From the NCBI GenBank assembly GCA_964016885.1, contig OZ024742.1:247318001-247382000 (forward strand): a DNA stretch of 64,000 bases. Reading direction: 5' to 3'. Numbering within the stretch: position 1 is the first letter of the stretch; every line of letters starts with the position of its first letter. The DNA is from Eledone cirrhosa (Eukaryota). The notes under the pieces were generated by a model. It saw only the letters and a program-made list of their open reading frames with translations, searched no databases and had not been told where the DNA came from. Positions 56,953-64,000 of this stretch are shown here, one piece after another. The translations under genes were made by a program, and so were the position numbers.

Positions 56953-57373
56953 TATGTATGTATGTATGTATGTATGTATGTATGTATGTATGTATGTATG
57001 TATGTATGTATGTATGTATGTATGTATGTATGTATGTATGTATGTATGTATGTATGCATGTATGTAGGTATGTATTTATTAGAAAACTTTTTCAGTAAAA
57101 TTCTACTAAATCCCTAATCGTGTTCTAGTTTTATCTTATTGCTCATATAGATTTTTCTATATTGTTTTTTATTACATATAATGTCATTCTTTGAAGCTGT
57201 AAACTCTCTAATCGTATCATCTCCGTTTCTAGACTTTCATGATTTTATCTTCGCGACATCATTATTGTAGCCAAAGAAAGGCGTTTTGACTGCGTTTCCC
57301 ATAGGCCATTACATAACCTTGATAGCTGCACCACATAACTTTCACTTTCGTGAACCAAAAGATATGAGAGGGA

Positions 57374-57469
<96 letters not shown>

Positions 57470-58294
57470 TGTGTATGTGTGTGTATGAGCGCGTGTGTGT
57501 GTATATATATATATATATATATTTCTCTATGACTCTCTCATTTTCTCTCTCCCCCTCTCTCCCTCACACACACTCTATCATTCATAAATATTGCAGATCA
57601 AACAGTTACATAAGACGAAGAATCAACTGCATCTCTCCCTCGTATGCTACCCTACTGGCGTGAAATTTCGCACATTAGGGCGGTATTTCATTTGTAAAGT
57701 CAGTTTGGGCAAGATATGTGAGAAATACTCTGTTGGTGATATACTTGTGATACTATAATATAAAAAAGAATGGACAGGAAAATGTACGGTTACCTTGCGA
57801 AAAACAAAAGTAAAGGTAAATACATTGAAAATTACAACTAGAAATTAATCGACAATAGATTGAGCATGTTATATGTGCAACATATTACCGCTGAATAAAT
57901 GGGATGTGGTCGTGTGGTAGAGCTTAACAAAAGATGTTCTACTAACTGAATAGTAGGGAAAAGAAACACACGAGTGAACGATAGTGAGAGTAAAAGTGAG
58001 GGAAAGATAGAAATTTAGAGAGTAAAAAAGTGAAAAGGGGAAATAGAAACTATAAGGAATGAATAAGAAATATATAGAAAGAGAGAGGTGTCACACAATT
58101 GAAAATACTGTAAAAAATTGCGGGAATTACATTATATGTATAAAATAGTATCAGCAGCGAATGGACTCAGAAAACAGTTATATACGACGAATAGACAACC
58201 GAATATCTACCTTATCAGCAACCATACTGGGATGAAATTTTGCTCATTAAGTTGATATAGCTCCTGCGCTAGCTTTATGTCATATATATAGAGA

Positions 58295-59672
58295 GCGCCC
58301 GACGACGTTGTTGCTCAGCATAGACTTGACTTTGCAGGTGCCGAACTGCAAGCCCATCGACGGTTCCGGGTTTAGATTTGCTCCCGTCAATATTTCATAT
58401 TCCTCCAAATAGGTTCCGACCACTTCGATTTCCGAGGTGTTTGACATCATCACTATGATGTCGTCTCATATGCCGACACAAAATGTTCACATCTCGGTTG
58501 GAGTGGGATGCCTTGTAACAACTTCAGCTTCCGCTGGAAAGGCTCGAGAGTCAATATGTAGAGAAGGGAGGAGAGAGGGCACCCTTGACGGAACGATCGG
58601 GAGATCTGAAACGGCTCCGAAAGATGGCCATTAACTTTGACCACAAATGTGAGGCCGCCATACATTGCAACGATTAAGCCTATGAGGACGGGACCAAAGC
58701 CTCCAGGTATCGATGGTCGACCCCATCGAAATATTTCGATTGATTTAAATTGATCAGAGCTCGTCCGAAACCAGGTTTACACCCTACTTTCTCTAGGATG
58801 AATGGCATGTCGTTTATGGACCTGGTCGTGATGTGCAAGTTTGCGCCTTCTCTACCAAATCCTCGACGACAAGCGACAACTTTTTCGCTAACGCATTGGC
58901 CAACATCTTAAACTCTGTTTTTAGTAGAGTGATGGTCACGAAATTATCTAACGTATTCTTCTTGTTCTCATCTTTCCTTATCAGCATCACTAGACCTCGG
59001 CGTAGAGAACTGGCAACACTCCAGTTCTGCTGCCATTTGCAGTAGAACGCTTCGAGGTGATTGGAGAACAAGTCTGGCATATCTACGTAAATCTCGTATG
59101 GCTGACCATCCAAACCGGTTGAGTTGCACCTCGTGCAGCCGACTAGGGCATCACGAATCCCAGCTAAAGTTATCGGCCTTTCGGTAGCCCGGTATCGGCT
59201 GACTAGAGACGCGGTAGACTATAGAGGTAGGGACAGAAATCCGCTACCGTCTCTGACCCTCCACTCCTCCTGAACAGCTGAGCAAAATTTTGGCGAAAGG
59301 CCTTACACATCGGCCTGGAATTGTTTAGCTCGTATTCGTTTCGCTCTGTCAAAAATGAATTGTGAGTTTGGTACCACGCCTCTGCCACGCGGGCCCATCG
59401 AACAACTTGTTTCCACCTTACTTACAGCACACGCCTGAACTCTGACAATGTAAACTGCGTGTTTCGCTTTGAGAAAGTGATCTAATCCATTCTCACGGCT
59501 AACACGTCAGTTGCAATGCCACTACAAATAGCTTCATCTAATTTAACTAATATATCCTCCTCCTTTCTATTTTACTCTAGCTCTACTTCTTTACTAAAGC
59601 CTACCGAGATTACACTACTCTCGTTTTTGAGAGACCCCCACGATCTGTTGTTGACGACACCCACTGTCAACT
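58295..59672 (-). mobile_element. Old Tx1-clade ORF2 relic
   Basis: PYEIYVDMPDLF, FKMLANALAKKL, RSFRQGCPLSSLLY, homologous to copy A. Confidence 0.85.
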
Positions 59673-59799
59673 AAATTATTGATCGGAATAGGTGACCGTT
59701 TGAAAGTGTGCGCAACCTATACCATCCTTACCTATTGATCCAGAACAACATTTTTTCATGGAATGCACAAAACCATATCAATTTATCTTCCCTTTAGTA

Positions 59800-60365
59800 T
59801 TTAAGGGTGGTAGGGCAACTTGTGTGGTTGAGGGTGTACATTTTATGTAGGGTAACTGCTTTTATTGAGGGTGTAACTGTTGGTGTATATTGGGTTACTG
59901 GCGTTATTGAGGGAATAACCGTGGAGCAAGGCAGAGTAACTAGTTTTATTGAGGGTATAACTCTGGGTGTATGTAGGGTAACTGTTGTGTTTGAGGGTAT
60001 AACTCCGGAGCAAGGTAGGTTAACATGTGTCATTGAGCGTATAACTGAGTGTATGTAGGGTATTTGATGTGACTGGGGGTTTATCTGTGGCGGGAGGTAA
60101 GATAACTGGTGTGATGGAGGGTTTAACTGTGCGTGTAAGGATGGTATCTGATGTGACTGATGATATAACTGTGGAGGGAGGTAGGGTAATTTGAGGGTAT
60201 AACTTTAGTTGTGGGTAGGTAACTAATATGTTTGAGGGTACAAATGTGGGTGTATATAAGTGAACTGGTATGATTGAGGGTATAACTGTGGGTATAGGTA
60301 GGATAACAGTCGTTATTAACTGTGGTTATAGTTAGGGTAATTGGTGAAATAGAGAGTGTAACTAG
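59800..60365. repeat. Degenerate minisatellite with a unit of about 42 bp
   Basis: Recurring gagggtataactgtgg...tagggtaactg unit, roughly a dozen copies. Confidence 0.8.
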
Positions 60366-60562
60366 TTAGAATATGTAGAATTACAGAAGGTATAACAGAA
60401 AATTCACAGCACATTATATTTCTAAAACTTCACATTATTTCTAGCATTATATATAGAATTAGGATTGAAATTACACAACGACTTTATAATGACCCATTAT
60501 TCACGTATACACACACACATATACACATACCCAAACAGACACACACACACAAGTAGATCTTT

Positions 60563-60631
<69 letters not shown>

Positions 60632-61020
60632 GGTGTATGTGTGTGTGAGTATGCATAAATATATGTCTGTGCCTGTGTGACTCAGTGGGTATTTATATGT
60701 ATGTATGTCTATATGTGTCTACAGTTGATAAGAAGATAGTGAATGTGATATCTAACTGAAATCACCATATCTCTCGCTCTCTATCATACAGCCGCCATAA
60801 TTATTCCAACAGCTTCACATCCAACCATATTCCCATTATCTTACAATGTTAATTACAAATATTACTTTACACAATTTTTCGGTTGTTAATTAATCGAAAA
60901 CAAGATGAATATGAAAATATATAAATATAAAGATGTTCATATGCATGTACAAATGATGTTGACATCTCTCTATATCTCTCCCTCTCCTATATACACACAC
61001 GTATATATATATATGTAATA

Positions 61021-61100
<80 letters not shown>

Positions 61101-61245
61101 CCTAGTAACACGCGCACACAGAGAAACTTGTATGGTGTGTGTGTGTGTGTTGTATATTCTGTATATATATATATATATGAATAAATGTGTTCGTATGTCT
61201 ACATAAATAAATACATACACGTATGTATTGTGTATACTTATATAT

Positions 61246-61387
<142 letters not shown>

Positions 61388-61712
61388 GTTTGTATTATAT
61401 ATATTTATATATGTATGTATGTATATATATATATACACGTATGTATTATGTATACTCATATATATATATATATACATATACACACACAGATGCATAGACA
61501 TACATATGTATGTGTGTGCACATATATAAGAAGTATCTTTATTATCTCCAAAGCATGATTCTGGTTCAAACAAATCCAACTGTATAGTATTTTTCATGTT
61601 TCAATTTAAAAGAATCTTCTATTTATAGCAAACATTATGTTCATAATTTATTAACTACTAGGTGCATTTTCTGTAAACAATAATAGCAACATATGTAGAA
61701 ATACACACACAT

Positions 61713-61743
<31 letters not shown>

Positions 61744-61783
61744 CACTCATATATATATATATATATATATACATACATACATA

Positions 61784-61835
<52 letters not shown>

Positions 61836-62026
61836 CCTAGTAACACGCACACACAGTGACACGTGTATGGTGTGTGTGTGTGTATTGCAATTCAACCAAT
61901 ATAAACCCATCCATAATCATATATTTATTTTTGTGGCAGCTTAACTATCTACCTATATATACATATATACATACAAGTACTTATATAAACATATAAGTAA
62001 ACACACACATACACACAAAGATATAT

Positions 62027-62061
<35 letters not shown>

Positions 62062-62065
<4 letters not shown>

Positions 62066-62172
62066 AACAAGTAAGACCCCTATTGTTCCTATTACCCACT
62101 CTACCACCCTAAGTATTGAGTACTTTGGTGTGTTATGGTCCACCTGGTTCCTTACCACATTTCCTTCGTTAT
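62062..62172 (+). mobile_element. Third copy of the 24393-24873 family
   Basis: taggaacaagtaagacccc then gttcctattacccactctac...ccacatttccttcgttatat; palindrome centre missing. Confidence 0.8.
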
Positions 62173-62186
62173 ATATATATATATAT

Positions 62187-62225
<39 letters not shown>

Positions 62226-63253
62226 AGAAAGAGAGATAGGTATATAGATATAAATATATATAGATAGATGGAGAGATGGTTAGAGAAATAGATACTAGTG
62301 CAAATCCACCATCTTGAAGAGTGTGTGTATATAGATAAATATGGATGCGAATTGGTAGAGTCGGTATTTCATCTCACTCTCTACATTCCGAGACCAATGC
62401 CGTCGTAGTCAACTTTAGCTTTCGTTCTATGAAAGTCGATCAATAAAATACCTGTCCATTGCTGCTGTCCATGTTTTCACCGTTTCTTTTTCACTATTTC
62501 TCAATCTTTCTGTGGAAGCAATTGGATCTGTTCTAACCTGAAAAGAGGTGCTCTCTCCTTGGTTTAAAATACTAAAGACACGCCGTGTGTCTTGGTATAC
62601 TCCTTGGATGGCTTCGTGGATTCTTGTCGTGAAAGGTGTCAGAGGACTTGTCGGGGTGTGAAATGATTGGCTGTAAAAGGGCCTACACCATCGGGAACGA
62701 TATCGGAGGCAGCTGAGAAAGCGAATCATGACATCTGGCTCAAGAGAGACGAGTGGTGCGCCTGATTGGTTGAGGTCGATTGAGGCCTCTCGCCGAGAAT
62801 CACACTAGACCCTTTAATTTCGTGCTCTTCTGAAGCTTTGCGTTAGGCGGAGAAGTCTGGCCCTGGCTCACAACATTAGACGCATTAAATTTTGTGCATG
62901 AGTTTTATCGCTTACTGGGTTGAATGACTCTGAGTAGCTCTGGTGTTGCTGTGGAATGGGCTGAAATACTCAAATGTCTTTACCAATTATATGTAGATGG
63001 AAATAACTATGGAAACTGCAGATAGTCGTATGTCTTGATTTATGGAGGCAATTAAATATGAGGGTAATGAACTGAAGATCCACCAGCAATTGTATATTTA
63101 TAAACTCTGTTAATGTGTGAAAGTGCTTATAAACCAGAAAAATAGACACATTACATTTTTCCGCTCGCCACTTTAAACGAATGGATTATGACTTATATAT
63201 TTATGTCTGAAGATGTTAAAGTCAAAATATGTGTTATAAGCAGAAATTGAAAA

Positions 63254-63316
<63 letters not shown>

Positions 63317-63319
63317 CTA

Positions 63320-63970
63320 TTCATATATATATAGCTATTTCAGAGCGCCAATTCTAATTTTCAATTTCTGCTTGACCGGCAACCGCTCTGTATAATCAGT
63401 TCTTGATTATTACTAGAAATTCTATAATAATCAAACATTCATGATTTTTAGCAAACAGGTGGAGTACTTGGCTTTGATAAGTACCAATCAGTACGAAACA
63501 TAGCTCTATCAGCTTTATCTCCTCTGTTTGCTGAAAATTTAATGTAAGTGAGACTGTCACTACTCTAAAACAATAGCATAAGGTCTTCGAAATGCTTTTA
63601 ATTAAGCATACAGTGTATTGCAAAATACACTATATATACATTCATATATATATAGCTATTTCAGAGTGCCAATTATAATTTTCAATTTCTGCTTGACCGG
63701 CAACCGCTCTGTATAATCAGTTCTTGATTATTACTAGAAATTCTATAATAATCAAACATTCATGATTTTCAGCAAACAGGTGGAGTACTTGGCTTTGATA
63801 AGTACCAATCAGTACGAAACATACCTCTGTCAGCTTTATCTCCCCTGTTTGCTGAAAATTTAATGTAAGTGAGACTGTCACTACTCTAAAACAATAGCAT
63901 AAGGTCTTCGAAATGCTTTTAATTAAACATACAGTGTATTGCAAAATACACTATATATACATTCATATAT
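63320..63970 (+). repeat. Tandem duplication of a 321-bp unit, each with a decayed hammerhead motif (63470-63514, 63791-63835)
   Basis: Twin ORFs offset by 321; GGCU-UUGAUAA-GUAC-CAAUCA-GUAC-GAAA-CAUA(G/C)CUCU(A/G)-UC^AGCU inside a long stem (uuuuagcaaacagg/cucuguuugcugaaaa in copy 1). Confidence 0.8.
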
Positions 63971-64000
63971 ATGTATATATGTGTGTGTATGTGTGTGTGT

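Noticed and set aside
62452-62537. Apparent 86-bp minus-strand exon (ttttcag acceptor, CAG|gtattt donor)
   Set aside because: The donor comes from an adjacent SINE remnant, the peptide is unrecognisable and no partner exons are seen; the region may be a LINE relic.

Overview
AT-rich, microsatellite-saturated eukaryotic DNA with no host gene I can support. The tRNA-derived SINE and the (TA)n/(CA)n/(GATA)n load suggest a cephalopod, probably Octopus; that is inference. The window is almost all retroelement traffic. (1) Four copies of an L1/Tx1-clade LINE group: one near full length, one 5'-truncated, one with intact ORF1 and internally deleted ORF2, and one 3' stub. All abut (CTAT)n or CTAT-like tracts, and older Tx1 relics are also present. 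(2) Several R4/Dong-like LINEs with a restriction-like endonuclease (RLE), three of them each bounded on both sides by (CATA)n, plus CRE-like and RTE-like relics. (3) Many Penelope-like (PLE) pseudo-LTR remnants with about a dozen minimal type I hammerhead motifs, fold-back inverted repeats (one is a palindromic GIY-YIG domain), non-coding hammerhead-bounded units and a 321-bp hammerhead-containing tandem repeat. (4) tRNA-derived SINEs, including a head-to-tail array. Most ORF-track entries are microsatellite translations or antisense shadows. The best leads are two apparently tetranucleotide-microsatellite-targeted LINE groups and the ribozyme-bearing non-autonomous PLE or retrozyme-like elements.
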